Shown here piece by piece: positions 25,159-37,420 of a DNA stretch of 64,000 bases (its first letter is position 1; each line of letters starts with the position of its first letter). A program made the translations under genes and the position numbers. This DNA is from Squalus acanthias. Its lineage: Eukaryota. The notes below the pieces were generated by a model. The model saw nothing but the letters and a program-made list of their open reading frames with translations, was not told the DNA's origin and made no database searches. The DNA lies in assembly GCA_030390025.1 (NCBI GenBank), contig CM059431.1, positions 104,596,001-104,660,000 of the forward strand, in the 5' to 3' direction.

Positions 25159-26909
25159 GGGCTGAATTTTGCTGGCGCTCAGAGGGTGTGTTCCGAGGCG
25201 GGCCAGCTGTCAAAGTAACAACGATTGACAGTGGGTAGGGAACCCGCTGTCAACCCGCCTCCACGCGAGTCTCCCAGGTGTTGGGTCTGTTAGTGCGGGG
25301 GAGGCAATTGACATCATTAAATGGCTTGTTAACATCCAATTAAGTGTTATTTTAAGCCTACATTTCAATTTTACGTGCTCCCCCACGGGTTACCCGCTGC
25401 TCGGGGAACACGTCAGCTCAGCATGTCGTGAGTGGATTCAGCATTGAATTATCTCATGATCTGACAGCTGCCAAAGTTATATAAAAGATCCCATGTTACA
25501 GCTGTTCACTTTCAAAGCTCAGAAACTGTTGGTTACTGCATTTGGAAGACAGATTGAGCTTTATGGAGGTTGCAAGTGTTTGGAGCAAACTCTCTATCCA
25601 GTGCCACCTCATTGGAACAACCTCTCTCACCATTGACAGATCACTTCTGACATCTCAACCTCACCTGCCATCTATTACATCAGCATCGTTGCCCTTGAAA
25701 AAATCTCACCTTGGTCCTCAGAATCCCACCAAGATCAGCCCCAACAGCAGCATCACCAGGCACACCATCAGTACCAACAACACCACCAACCTTCTCCGCA
25801 ATCACCTGATGCTGCACAGGACACAGGGCATCAGCACCCGACCACATTGCTGCCCAGGACGCCAGGGATGGCCTCACCATGGCCAGATTTACTTCACTTG
25901 ACGCTGTACACCCTGGCTGCCACATGATGCACCAGTTTGGCACCACCCCACACCAACAACATAAAGCATCCTTACAATGACCAAGCCATTCCTTTCACAC
26001 GCATCACCATTGTGGGGGGTACCGTTACGTCTCACGTTTCACTGCAACTCACGAAGCCACTTGCAAAGGGGCACACAAAACTGTCCAAGAACGCAAAGTG
26101 CTGAAAATAAAGGTTTCAATGTTTGACAGCACGTTAACAGAAACTTCACATGAACATTGGCAAAAACACACAAGTACCTATCCTTGCGTGCTGTTAGTTA
26201 GTATGCTTGCAGTAGGATGAGGGTGAGTGTGAGAGGTGGCTAGTGAGATGGGGAAGTGATAATGTAGATAGAGAGGGATGGGTGGAGGTGCAAGGTAAGT
26301 TGGTGTGAGTAAGGATGTGCAGGAGTAGGGTAGGGAAGGCAGAGTGATGGGGATATGATGAGTGGCACAGCAGGATGAAGTTGAGTGTGGCTTGGCAGTA
26401 ACATTTCGTGATCTACTGGGATCATTGAAAGGCTTGCACCACTGCAACCTGGTCCGCCTGACGACATCCCTGCTTGTGTCCTCCTGTGCAATGTGCAACC
26501 AGGCTGCGTTGGTCTCCTGGGGTGTCTCTTCCGCCCATTGGAAGGGAAGAGAACCTCCCTGCCTGCTGTGACTCCCTCCATAAGCGTATGGTGGGAGTCA
26601 TTGGAGAGCCTGGGTGCAGCTGTGCACCTCAGTGCAGTGTTTGTCAGTGTTTGCAGCACCTCAATGCTGTAGAACACTGACAGCACAACTGTCAAAATCA
26701 ATTAAGAAAACCGGCTGATGATGCGTCATCAAATGACGTCATCAGACCCGCTTCCTTTTAATTGGCCCGGAACCTCGCAGGGTGGGGCTTAACAAGCCCT
26801 ATTAATATAAAATCACTTGGAGAGTGCGGGCTGCAGGAAGCAGCGGGCTGGGACCGCGACACCGACCCTGGCTGCCCTGGACCCGCCTCAGTCGGTGAAA
26901 TCGCGGCCC
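25159..26909. mobile_element. Internally deleted PIF/Harbinger transposon with decayed Myb/SANT-like ORF (minus strand, about 26390-26640)
   Basis: Ends GGGCTGAATTTT...GAAATCGCGGCCC; APRLSNDSHHTLMEGVTAGREVLFPSNGRKR / HIAQEDTSRDVVRRTRLQWCKPFNDPSRS is the Harbinger Myb-like pattern; second copy at 52079-53859. Confidence 0.75.
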
Positions 26910-27337
26910 TTGTTTTTAAAAAGAGTCTCTTATTTTAAGGCTGCAGTGGTGTGTTCTGGCCAGCGGAGGTGCTGTCTAGACTTGCCTGTTGTTACTGTTC
27001 GTTGGCGTCTCAAAGAGAACTTTCAATTTTTAATGTACATGTCCAGAAAGCCTCATTACAGGCCATAAAACTCTCCATGCTTTGACTGTGAAGAAGGTGC
27101 CTTCCCAAACTACACAATGCCAAATAAGCGTGAAGTGACTCGTGAAATGATTTATTAAATGCTGTTCATAAGTCTGCTGTGGATTCGCAAACCAATGTGG
27201 TTTCTTCCCAAATGACGCAATTTCCCAAAAACATAGTTTCATAGGTTTCAAAAAACCTCGTAATTCGGGGCCTACCTTATCATACAGTGTATGCACTTGA
27301 AGTGCTGCTCAATCAGTGATGAAAATTAAATTACATT

Positions 27338-28823
27338 GGGAAATTTCTGGTCGGAGGCGTACCTCCGGAGAGTATGGGCTGGATTTTCAATGACCCGTGG
27401 AGTCGGGCTTGGAGGCGTGTGGGGGGTTAAAGTTGCGGGGTCGGGTGTCCCGACCCCATTCCGCCTCCACGCAATTTTGACAAAATCGGTCGCAGGGTTC
27501 CCGACTCCGTCCCGCCTCCAAGAGGCGGGAGAGGCCATTGAAGCCCTTAACAAGCCCTAAATTGGCTCTGTAATGCCATTTTGAAACGTTTTAGCTAGTT
27601 TAACCCTTTTCCGACGTGAAGTACGCCTGATGTGAAACACGCCAGTGAAACCTGGCGGGAGCACAAGTAGATAGCTGACTATCAGCTGCAGGTCCACTAT
27701 TACAACAGAGATGTGATGAAGGTAGCAGTAGTATTGTGATGAAGGTAGTAGTAGTATTATGCTGCTGCATTGAATGTCTTCAGAGACTGCCTGGGAGGAC
27801 TTGGTTGCAAAAAAATTTATCTCCCTCTCTCTCTCTCAGATGCTGCTCATTTTGCATCCAGGTCCTCTCACAGCAAAGGCCAGGCAATCTCTGAGACCAG
27901 GCAGTCAGTCTCTGACCTGCAATGATGACATCATCAGAGGCGACTTTCAGACTGAAACCACTAATTGGTTCATGGGTTCCCACATGCTGGAACTCAATTG
28001 CCCAATTAAGTGAAAATTGCATCATTTATCCACATTAATCTGGAGTCGGGGGGGCAACACGAAATGCGGGTAACACGACCCCAACCCGACCCCAAAACAA
28101 AATCCAGCCCTATGCCTCTGATCCGTCCCGAAAAATAATCCGAAAGTACCTGCTGGCTCCGGGGCTTCGGAGTCTTCGGGTCCTGGGCCTGCGGGCGTTC
28201 GCCTGCGTAAAGGCCCACGGATCCCAGGGGCGCGGGCGGTTCAGAAACGTCCCTGGGATCACATGGGCCGGGTCCTCCTATCAGAAAGGGAGATTCCTCA
28301 CAAGCTTATGGGGATTCCATTTACGTACGGAATCCCCCATAAGCTTATGAGAAATCCACAAATAAAACACAATTCCGATAAAAATAAATATTCCCATGTT
28401 CAAAATTAATTAAAAATCCCTTTGATTAAGCATTTAAAATAAAAATAAAATTTTTAGAAAAATAATTTTATACATTTTAATCCGGGCCAAAATTTACATG
28501 AACTAAATGTAAATGTTTTTGTATGTTTTACTCACTTTTAAAATTTTAACTTAGCATTTATTTTAACCCTTACGCTGGTGAAAGCAGGCCCTGCGCCTGC
28601 TTTTACCAGGTGTGAGGGTTTGGTGGGCATTCGCTGGGCAAATAGCCCCGACTCTGCGCTGGCGAAAGTGTTTTTGGGGCGTGTGCGGATGATCTGTCAA
28701 GGCGAACCTCGGCAGATCGCACGTTCTGGGTTTTCGCGCAGCGCACGTGGAGCGCACACGGAAACACGGACCGTGCGGGGCCATTCTGAGGGCTTCTGTC
28801 ACCGGATCCGCAATGTCCGGGCC
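27338..28823. mobile_element. Harbinger-type MITE, family A, containing a nested MITE
   Basis: TSD ATT (27335-27337/28824-28826); 28111-28820 homologous to the 6804 and 32806 copies. Confidence 0.7.
27376..28110. mobile_element. Harbinger-type MITE (nested)
   Basis: Perfect TIR GGGCTGGATTTT / AAAATCCAGCCC; TSD TAT (27373-27375/28111-28113). Confidence 0.85.
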
Positions 28824-28844
28824 ATTGTACATTGTGTTGACTGT

Positions 28845-29572
28845 GAACTCAGCCTTCGCTCGCCTGAGGAAGAGAGTGTTTGAAGACCAGGACCTCAAAC
28901 CCGGCACCAAGCTCATGGTCTACAGAGCAGCAGTGATACCTGCCCTGCTGTATGCTTCAGAGACACGGACCATGTACAGCAGGCACCTGAAAGCACTGGA
29001 GAGGTACCACCAACGCTGCCTCCGCAAGATCCTGCAAATCCATTGGCAGGATAGGCGCACCAACGTCAGTGTTCTTGCTCAGGCCAACATCCCCAGCATC
29101 GAAGCTTTGACCACGCTTGAACAGCTCCGATGGATGGGTCACATTGTCCGCATGCCCGATACGAGACTCCCGAAACAAGCGCTCTACTCGGAGCTCCGGC
29201 CTGGCAAGAGAGCCCCAGGTGGGCAGAGGAAACGCTTCAAGGACACCCTCAAAGCCTCCTTCAAAAAGTGTAACATCCCCACCGACACCTGGGAATCCCT
29301 GGCCCAAGACCGCACAAAGTGGAGGAGAAGCATCTGGGAAGGCGCCCAACACCTCGAGTCTCTTCGCCGGGAGCAAGCAGAAGCCAAGCGCAGGCAGCGC
29401 AAGGAATACACATCAACCCAAGCACCCCACCCACCTGCCCCTTCAACCACCGTCTGCCCCACCTGTGACAGAGACTGTAGGTCCGCATTGGACTCATCAG
29501 TCACCTGCGAACTCATTTTTAAAGTGGAAGCAAGTCATCCTCGGTTCCAAGGGACTGCCTAAGAAGAAGGAA
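28845..29572 (+). mobile_element. RTE-clade LINE 3' fragment
   Basis: SAFARLRKRVF..TKLMVYRAAVIPALLYASET..RCLRKILQIHWQDRRTNVSVL..QLRWMGHIVRMPDTRLPKQALYSEL..GGQRKRFKDTLK..CPTC; (GAA)n-type tail. Confidence 0.9.
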
Positions 29573-30220
29573 GGAGGAACTGGGTTTCAAAGAAATTATA
29601 TTGAGAAATGTAATTGAGCGGTGCTGTTTCGGAGACTAGCCGCACTGAACATTCCCACTGATTAGATCTTGAGACTATGGAGGAATTAGTTATAGGATCT
29701 TACAGACGTATAAACATATGTGTTGTGCCTCACTCATTTCTTCACACGTTGAAGCGTTTCATCATCTTATTGGGAGTGTGGCTTGGGTTATCCATTACTG
29801 TCATTGTGACACTCATTTACCTCAAAAGATGCATTGACATGCAACACCAGTGTGTTCGGTGCGGAAGATGAGCAAGGAAAAAAATGCAAAGAATAGTTTA
29901 AATTCTCATCCATCAATTAAGCCTTAAAAATGATTTATTGAGCTGATCTGTCAGAATTCTATGATTATTTTAACCTTATCAGAACCACAGAACAGAAAAT
30001 CAGCCCTAAACTCTGCAAATGCAAACTGTGAGAGCATAGAGATTAAATCATCGGCTGGTCTCTCGACTAAAGCCAGCGGGTCATAAAAGTCCTTTTTGGT
30101 AACATACGGGTAGAATTTATTGAGGGTAGTCATATGTTTGCCTATGGTGAATTAGCACATTGTTATATATTTTGTTGAGGGAATGCTAGAGGTGTTTTCC
30201 TTCAGATGAGACATTAAACA

Positions 30221-30693
30221 TTTTTTTTTATTCGTTCCTGGGATATGGGCGTCGCTGGCAAGGCCAGCATTTATTGCCCATCCCTAATTGCCCTTGAGAA
30301 GGTGGTGATGAGCCGCCTTCTTGAACCGCTGCAGTCCGTGTGGTGAAGGTACTCCCACAGTGCTGTTAGGGAGGGAGTTCCAGGATTTTGACCCAGCAAC
30401 GGAGAAGGAACGGCCGATATATTTCCAAGTCAGGATGGTGTGTGACTTGGAGGGGAACTTGGAGGTGGTGGTGTTCCCATGCGCCTGCTGCCCTTGTCCT
30501 TCTAGGCGGTAGAGTTTGCGGGTTTGGGAGGTGCTGCCGAAGAAGCCTTGACGAGTTGCTGCAGTGCATCTTGTAGATGGTACACACTGCAGCCACGGTG
30601 TGCAGGTGTTGGAGGGAGTGAATGTTTAAGGTGGTGGATGGGGTGCCAATCAAGCGGGCTGCTTTGTCCTAGATGGTGTCGAGCTTCTTGAGT
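30221..30693 (-). mobile_element. Family X LINE 3' fragment
   Basis: ORF 30366..30653 matches other family X copies. Confidence 0.8.
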
Positions 30694-30879
30694 GAAGCCT
30701 TTTCTACCTCTCCATGTGAATGTTAAAGATCCCAAGGTTTGCGGAACTGTTGGGACGGGCGGGATGATTCCAATCAAGATTCCTTCGATGTCCTACTCTC
30801 CGAGAGCTTTGGTAGATAGGGCCACTGGTGCTCATTGCCTCTCCTGCTCTTCCTCCTGCTCCACTTATTAAGGGCCAGT

Positions 30880-31445
30880 CCCTCGTGATGGCAAAGTTAT
30901 GGAGCATGCAGCACAAATCTGGTAACCCACTCAGAGGTGTACTGCAAAGCTCCTCCTGAACGGTCCAGACAGTGGAAGCATTGCTTGGGCATGCCAACTG
31001 TCTGCTTGATGACGTTTCTGGTGGCAACATGGCTCTTGTTGTAGGACAGCTCTGCAGCTGTGCCCGGGTTCCTTTCAGGAGTCGTGATGTATGGCAGGGG
31101 GGAATAGCCCTTGTTGCCCAGTAGCTCAACATGTGACCTGACCTTACGGCCTGGTTGGAACAAAGGCAGCACAGAGGACTGGCGCAGGATGAATAAGTCA
31201 TGAATCCTCCCAGGAAACTGGGCACGGACCTGCATGATCTGTTGCCTGTGGTCACAAACCAGCTGGTCATTGAGGGAGTGGAATCCCTTTCGATTGGTAA
31301 AGATGCCAGGTTGGTGATGGGGCGTACGCAAGGCAATGTGGGTGCAGTCCATGGCACCTTGAACCCAGCTGTGCGGGTGAAGCCGAGTGCTATCTTGTCC
31401 TGCTTCACTCCGTGCGTGGGTGGGATTGAATGTAGCTGTTCCTCC
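30880..31445 (-). pseudogene. Decayed PIF/Harbinger DDE transposase (HARBI1-like) fragment
   Basis: DCTHIAL..FTNRKGFHSLNDQLVCDH..FPGRIHDLFILRQS..LLGNKGY..YNKSHVATRNVIKQTVG..LDRSGGALQY..CCMLHNFAI; frameshifts; GDxGY changed to GNKGY and IE to IK. Confidence 0.88.
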
Positions 31446-32204
31446 ATATGTTTGGCTACCTGCTGTAAAAAAAAAAGAACTTTTAATTTAGTTTCTTAAT
31501 GTAGTGGGGAAATTTGAAAACTTTTTCTAAAAATATTGCAACCTTATATCATTTTCGCAATCTTTAATGCGAGGACTATGATCTTGGAATCACTTTTATC
31601 TCTTACAAGGAGATTTGATAAAATGTGACGAAAATAAGCTACCACTGATAAACTAACTGATGGAAAATGGGGCACGTTAAGATTCCTGCTGGGATTTGAC
31701 AAGTTGTGACCTAATTTCTGTTATTTTTGTTTGCATTGATGATACGCCTGGTGTGCGTTCATGATGGTAAACATTTCTCAATTCATAACTGATCTGAAGA
31801 ACAACTTTGTAAAATGAAGCCAGCTGGCGCCTCTTCACTTTGTAAAGAGGTGGCAGCTCCATGCCAACTCGCAGCCATCAACATTCAGGGGAAGACATCC
31901 CTGCCAGCCCTTCACCTCGACATCACAACTGCTCAGATAGTCGCTTCTCACCACCGATATAGTGGGCTTCATCTTTCGTACAGACTTGAGCACTATTGCA
32001 CTGATGCCTTTTGAAACAGAGCACCAGGTTCATTTGCGACTGACGCATTTAGCAGAGGAAGAACCAGAGAGGTAAATTTAAGGAGGGAGGTCTGGGAGAA
32101 TGAATAGCATGTACAAGGTAGGTTAGGGTAAAGGGAGTAGAAGGTATGAGAGAACAGGCGTCAGTTAGTAGAGAGAATGAGGAAGATAGTCAGATAGTAT
32201 AAAT

Positions 32205-32640
32205 GCACTCTGCTACCCGTATCCTAATTCGCACCAAATCCCCTTCACCCCTCACCTCCTGTGGCTGCTGATCTACATTGGCTCCCGATCTGCCAACGCC
32301 TCAAATTGAAAATTCCCATCCTTGTTTTCAAATCCCTCCATGGCCTCACCCGTCTCTATCTCTGTAACCTCTTCCAGCCCTACAACCCTCCGAGATCTCC
32401 ACGCTCCTCCAATTCTGGCCTCTTGCACATCCCCAATTTTCACTGCTCCACCATTGGCGTCCGTGCATTCACAAGGCCCTGAGCTCTGGAATTCCCTCCC
32501 TAAACCTCTCCGCCTCTCTACCTCTCTCTGCTCCTTAAAACCTACCTCTTTGACCAATCTTTTTGACCTACCTGTCGTAATATCTCTCTATGTGGCTCGG
32601 TGTCAAATTTTGTTTGATAACGCTCCTGTGAAGCTCCTGT
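32205..32640 (+). mobile_element. L2 LINE 3' fragment
   Basis: ADLHWLPICQRLKLKIPILVFKSLHGL..; ELWNSLPKPLR. Confidence 0.8.
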
Positions 32641-32805
32641 TTGTACTAAACAACATCCAGAGGTAGCATCCTTCAAGGGTGGCCTGGCTACTGCAAACTA
32701 AACATCCCAGGCTACAAAGGGTTTGGAGATAGGCAGTTGTGAAAGCGCCTCAAGAACGTGTAACCATCTTCAACTTTTAAATATTCTTATTTCTGAAAAC
32801 ATAAT

Positions 32806-33540
32806 GGCCCTGAATCTCCGATCGGAGGCTTCCTGCGGGCGGATGCCTCCGATCGGAAAAAATCTACGAACCTACCTGCTGGTTCCATAGATCCCGAGGC
32901 TTGTGATCCTGGGCCTCTCCGGGTCTGCGCGGGCAGAGCCCCATGTATCCCAGGGGCGCATGCGGTTCGCAAGCGTCCCCGGGATCATGTGGGCCAGGCG
33001 AACCAATCAAAGAAGGGAATCCCCATTCATACTTTTGACAGGTCTGTAAGGACAGAACTGTCAAAATTATGAATGGGGATCACATTTAAAAACATACTAA
33101 AACATTAAATACATTTTTAAAAAGCATTACATAATTCAAATTAATTAAAATTCCATTTAATTAAATATTTTTTTAAAATTGGAGAAAAAAAATTAATGTT
33201 TTTACGAGACTAAAAATAAACTTATCTTTTTGAAGAGTATTTTAAATTTATAAATGAGTTATCAAATTACATTTTTCTATTTTTCAACACTCTTCAGCTG
33301 GTAAAAGCAGGCCTTACCCATGCTTTTACCAGGCGTAAGATTTTTAAAGGTTTTCAGTGGGCGGAAGTTGTACAGAAAGCGGAACTCTCCACCCGCGGAG
33401 GCCCTTCTCCAGGTCAGGTGGAGGATCTGTCAAGAGATTCTTGACAGATCGCAAGTGCCGGGTTTCAGCGCATGCACTTCGCAGGCCTTAAAGCGGCACT
33501 GCACCTCGTCCGCACCTGTGGGGGTCGCAAAATCTGTCCC
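32806..33540. mobile_element. Harbinger-type MITE, family A
   Basis: TSD AAT (32803-32805/33541-33543); near reverse complement of 656-1420. Confidence 0.8.
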
Positions 33541-33755
33541 AATTCAATACTTACGTTGTACATCATTACAATGTATTTTTAAAATCTTTTTCAACATACC
33601 ACTAACTCTCCTTGCACAGGTTAACTGCCTTGTCAGAAACGAATCGTGAGGGGTGTGGGAGAAATTGACAGACACATCCATAGAAATACAAAGCACAGAA
33701 ACAGGCCATTTGACCTAACAAGTTCATGCTGGTGTTTATGCTCCACACCAGCCTC

Positions 33756-34060
33756 AGAATCACAGAATCCCCACAGTGCAGATAGAGGCCATTTCGGCCC
33801 ATCGAGCCTGCACCGACACATATCCCACCCTATCCCTGTAACCCTACGTATTTACTCCCCCTAACACTAAGGGTCAATTTATCATAGCCAAATCAACCTA
33901 ACTCACACATCTTTGGACTGTGGGAGGAAACCGGAGCACCCGGAGGAAACCCATGCAGACACGGGGAAAATGCGCAAACTCCACACAGACAGTCACCTGA
34001 GGCCGGATTCGAACCCGGGTCCCTGGCGCTGTGCGGCCACAGTGCTAACCACTATGCCAC
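33756..34060 (-). mobile_element. V-SINE (HE1-like), inserted in a CR1 3' UTR remnant
   Basis: tRNA-like head (tggcatagtggttagcac..ggttcgaatccgg), V-domain-like ctccgggtgctccggtttcctcccacagtccaaag, CR1-type tail; cctc on both flanks. Confidence 0.8.
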
Positions 34061-34139
34061 CTCCCCCACTCTTTCACCCAGGCTATTTTTTTTGTCATCA
34101 TTTACCAAGCTTTAAAATGGACACGTCGGCCGTTACAGC

Positions 34140-35820
34140 TGTACGGGGTGGTGGTTTGTGTCAGCTTTACCTCTGACTTCTGAGCGGTTCAAATCGCTCC
34201 CACTCCCTTGGTTCTAGACCTTGGACTTATTTGGGGGTTGTGATACAAAGGTGCAGCAGACAACTGAGTTTGATGAAAGAACTTCAATCTTTATTAAAAG
34301 GTAAGACACAAATAATAACACTCTTATCACTCTAAAGGTGGGGAACACTTCGGTACAAGCGAGGGAAATGACAGTAGAACAATTACTTCACCCCTCCCAA
34401 CCCCACTTTACTAGCTAAGTTAGGTTTTGAAGGACCAGGGATAATGCTCACCAATCCTTTGACAGTTGGGCTAAATCGCGGTTTTGGGATTCGCTGTTTA
34501 TGGCGGTTAGTGTCTGCCGTACCCCGTACGCGGTAGAGGACTTCACCTGGGTCTCTGAGCAGTCTTCGCGAGTCCGCTGATGTGGTAGGATGTCGTTATG
34601 GATTTATCTGGTGAGTACCCAATTTCTTTAGTTGAGCAGTAGGGTTTAGAGTCTTTGGGGAAAATCTTACCCAGGGGTAAATCAGGAATAGTTTGTAGTG
34701 TGGAAACTTTGCGTTCTTCGGGTTTTCTTCCCTGGAGTTGGTCTTTGTTGGTTGCGGTGGCCTGCTATTACCTGGTCAGTTGGGGGTAATGCGCGGTTGT
34801 TGGTTTCGTGAGGCCTTTGGTTTCCGCGATGGCTTTAGGCCTTGTTTAGTGTGTCGGTCAACCTCGTGGAACCTTCGGTGACTTGTTGCTGCTTGTTGCT
34901 CCGGGTGGCTGTGTTGGGGCCGTTGTTGGAGGTCCGTCGAGCTGGTATCTTCACGAGCTGGACTCAGGTGTGTCTGAGTGGTGAGCGATGCCGACTCGCT
35001 TCCAGCTCGGGTTTTCTTCTTCCTGGTTTCTTCTTCTGATGATGACCACTGGTTGCGACTGACTGCTCGACTCCACCTTGAACTGCTTGATGGGCCTTCA
35101 ATTATACTAAATTGAAGTGGCCTTATCTACCCGCCAAATCTACTCAGTTCATTGTCTGTTTTTTTGGCGGGCTCGTAAATTGGTAACGACTTACTAGCGT
35201 GTTAACTGGGTTTTTAACAGGCCTTCAATCTCACCCATTGAACATGGCCTTATCTACCCGCCAAATCTACTCAGTTCATTGTCTGATTTTTGGCGGGCCT
35301 GTTACCAGTAACTGCTCTGTAAGTGTCAAATGGGTTTTGGGATGGTTTGCATCCTGTCGATCTCCTTGGCTGATCACTGGTGATTGGTTTTGTGTTTTGT
35401 GTTTCTAGGCTGGACTCAGTCTTTTCTATAGAATGGTCCTGAGTGATTTGTATTATGCATGTTTTCTGATGGGCCCTGTAATCGGTTTGATGGGGCCTGT
35501 TATTTTGGGTGGGACTGTCTTCTCCCAGGGTCTATTGTCAAAATGTTAATGCCTGCTGGGGCTTGAGTAGGGTCATCCCGGTTCCTCAGACAGTGCAATT
35601 AACTGCAATAACCAAAACTGCTTTTACAGAGGTCGAACCCACCTTCCTTCACAGCCTTTTCTCCCTTTACAGGCCCAGACATGTTTTTAAAATGCCAAAA
35701 CTTGGTTTTTGGTCTTAAATTCCTTCGGTTAGGCCCAAATGCATTTTTATCACTCTGAGGTAGTTCCAAAGTCCTTTTTCCTTAGGTTTTTGGGGATCTG
35801 CAAATTTTGGAAACCTTACA
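34140..35820 (-). mobile_element. Solo LTR, 1681 bp (ERV or Gypsy; family unassigned)
   Basis: Termini TGTACGG...CCTTACA; 4-bp TSD CAGC (34136-34139/35821-35824); on the minus strand TATAAT at 35106-35101 and AATAAA at 34295-34290; internal 41-bp direct repeat. Confidence 0.8.
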
Positions 35821-36049
35821 CAGCAAACGTGCGCATTCTCAGCAAGCGCGCACGGATCCAATTGATGGAATCAGAGGCAATTTTGAATGCAAGGGGGTGA
35901 TCTGCCATTCTGTCTGTTGCTGTGTAGCCATTCAGAAGCTGAGATAGAACGGCATCCTTCTGAGCAAAAATTCCAAATTGTTTGAGCAATTATTTAAGGT
36001 GGTTGTGATTGCCTGGCGACCGAGCTTGCTCCTGCTTGAGTTTGGAAAA

Positions 36050-36240
36050 ATAAGTGGCGGTGGCGCAGAATACAAGCGCAGCAATGACATCACTGGCAGC
36101 GGCAGGTTGTAATTGACGTGTGAGCCTAACGCTCTAAATCCTCCGATAGCTCTTCACACAGGTCGTACAGCATCTGCTTATCAAATCTAAATCTCTGCAA
36201 ACAATATGCATCAGACCAATCACTACAACTCATGCGACAT
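36050..36240 (-). pseudogene. Decayed Harbinger transposase N-terminal fragment
   Basis: Manual translation SDAYCLQRFRFDKQMLYDLCEELSEDLER*..(frameshift)..VIAALVFCATATY, resembling the HARBI1-family N-terminus. Confidence 0.6.
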
Positions 36241-36434
36241 GTGTAATTCCTGAAGGATCCCTTCTCTTTGCAGTCCAAGCAGATCTGCACCACCAGTAGC
36301 TGTCCACCACTGTGGAGTTAGCAAAGCTGACCGACAAGCGGCAACCATTTCAACGCCACGCCGCTAATTACAGAGTAGAGTCAGCGATGGTGCTGAAGTT
36401 TATATTATTGGATAAAATTGCGTAATTTATCAAA

Positions 36435-36945
36435 CTACTCTCCACTTGCCTGGATGAGTGCAGCTCCAACAACACTCAAGAAGCTCGACACCATCCAAGG
36501 CAAAGCAGCCCGCTTGATTGGCATCCCATCCACCACCTTAAACATTCACTCCCTCCACCACCGGCGCACCGTGGCTGCAGTGTGTACCATCTACAAGATG
36601 CACTGCAGCAACTCGCCAAGGCTTCTTCGGCAGCCCCTCCCAAACCCGTGACCTCTACCATCTAGAAGGACAAGGGCAGCAGGCACATGGGAACACCACC
36701 ACCTCCAAGTTCCCCTCCAAGTCACACACCATCCTGACTTAGAAGTATATCGCCGTTCCTTCATTGTCGCTGGGTCAAAATCCTGGAACTCCCTCCCTAA
36801 CAGCACTGTGGGAGTACCATCACCACACGGACTGCAGCGGTTCAAGAAGGTGGCTCACCACCACTTTCTCAAGGGCAATTAGGGGTAGGCCATAAATGCT
36901 GGCGTTGCCAGCGACGCCCAGATCCCAGGAATGAATTTTAAAAAA
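36435..36945 (+). mobile_element. Family X LINE 3' fragment
   Basis: YSPLAWMSAAPTTLKKLDTIQGKAARLIG.. Confidence 0.8.
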
Positions 36946-37420
36946 CTTAAGCATTCAATGGTACACCGCGTGTATTAACATTGCAGAATGTATTAGCCAG
37001 CAAAGTATTGCACAAAGGAAAATCCATCAAGGCACTTTGGTCTAGTATTTAGCTCCTTTGGGTTTAACCTCTCGTGTAACTGCATAAGAACGACTACTTA
37101 GTGTTCTTCGAAACACAAACGCTGTCAGTATGTTGGATCTGGGGCATTGGATTGGAAATTCACGGGTGTAGTAAATGATCCTTCTGGTTATAGCAGCCGG
37201 TGCTTGTGGGTATTGGCCAGCTGCAGCTCCCTCACTATTATTCTAAGAAAGCATGCAGCCTTTGTTCAAAGTCTGCACTAAATGACTAAACGTCAGAGCA
37301 GTGTGTGGTGCATTTTGTGGGCTCCGCCACTCACGTGCCTGCCACAGGTTTGTTAAATAAACTGCTTTTACTTTTTTACACATGTGTGACTTACACTCCA
37401 TATACCCCGTAAACCTCGCC

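Noticed and set aside
30897..31352. Domesticated HARBI1 gene
   Set aside because: Frameshifts, two predicted catalytic acidic residues altered, and truncated; it is a transposon relic.
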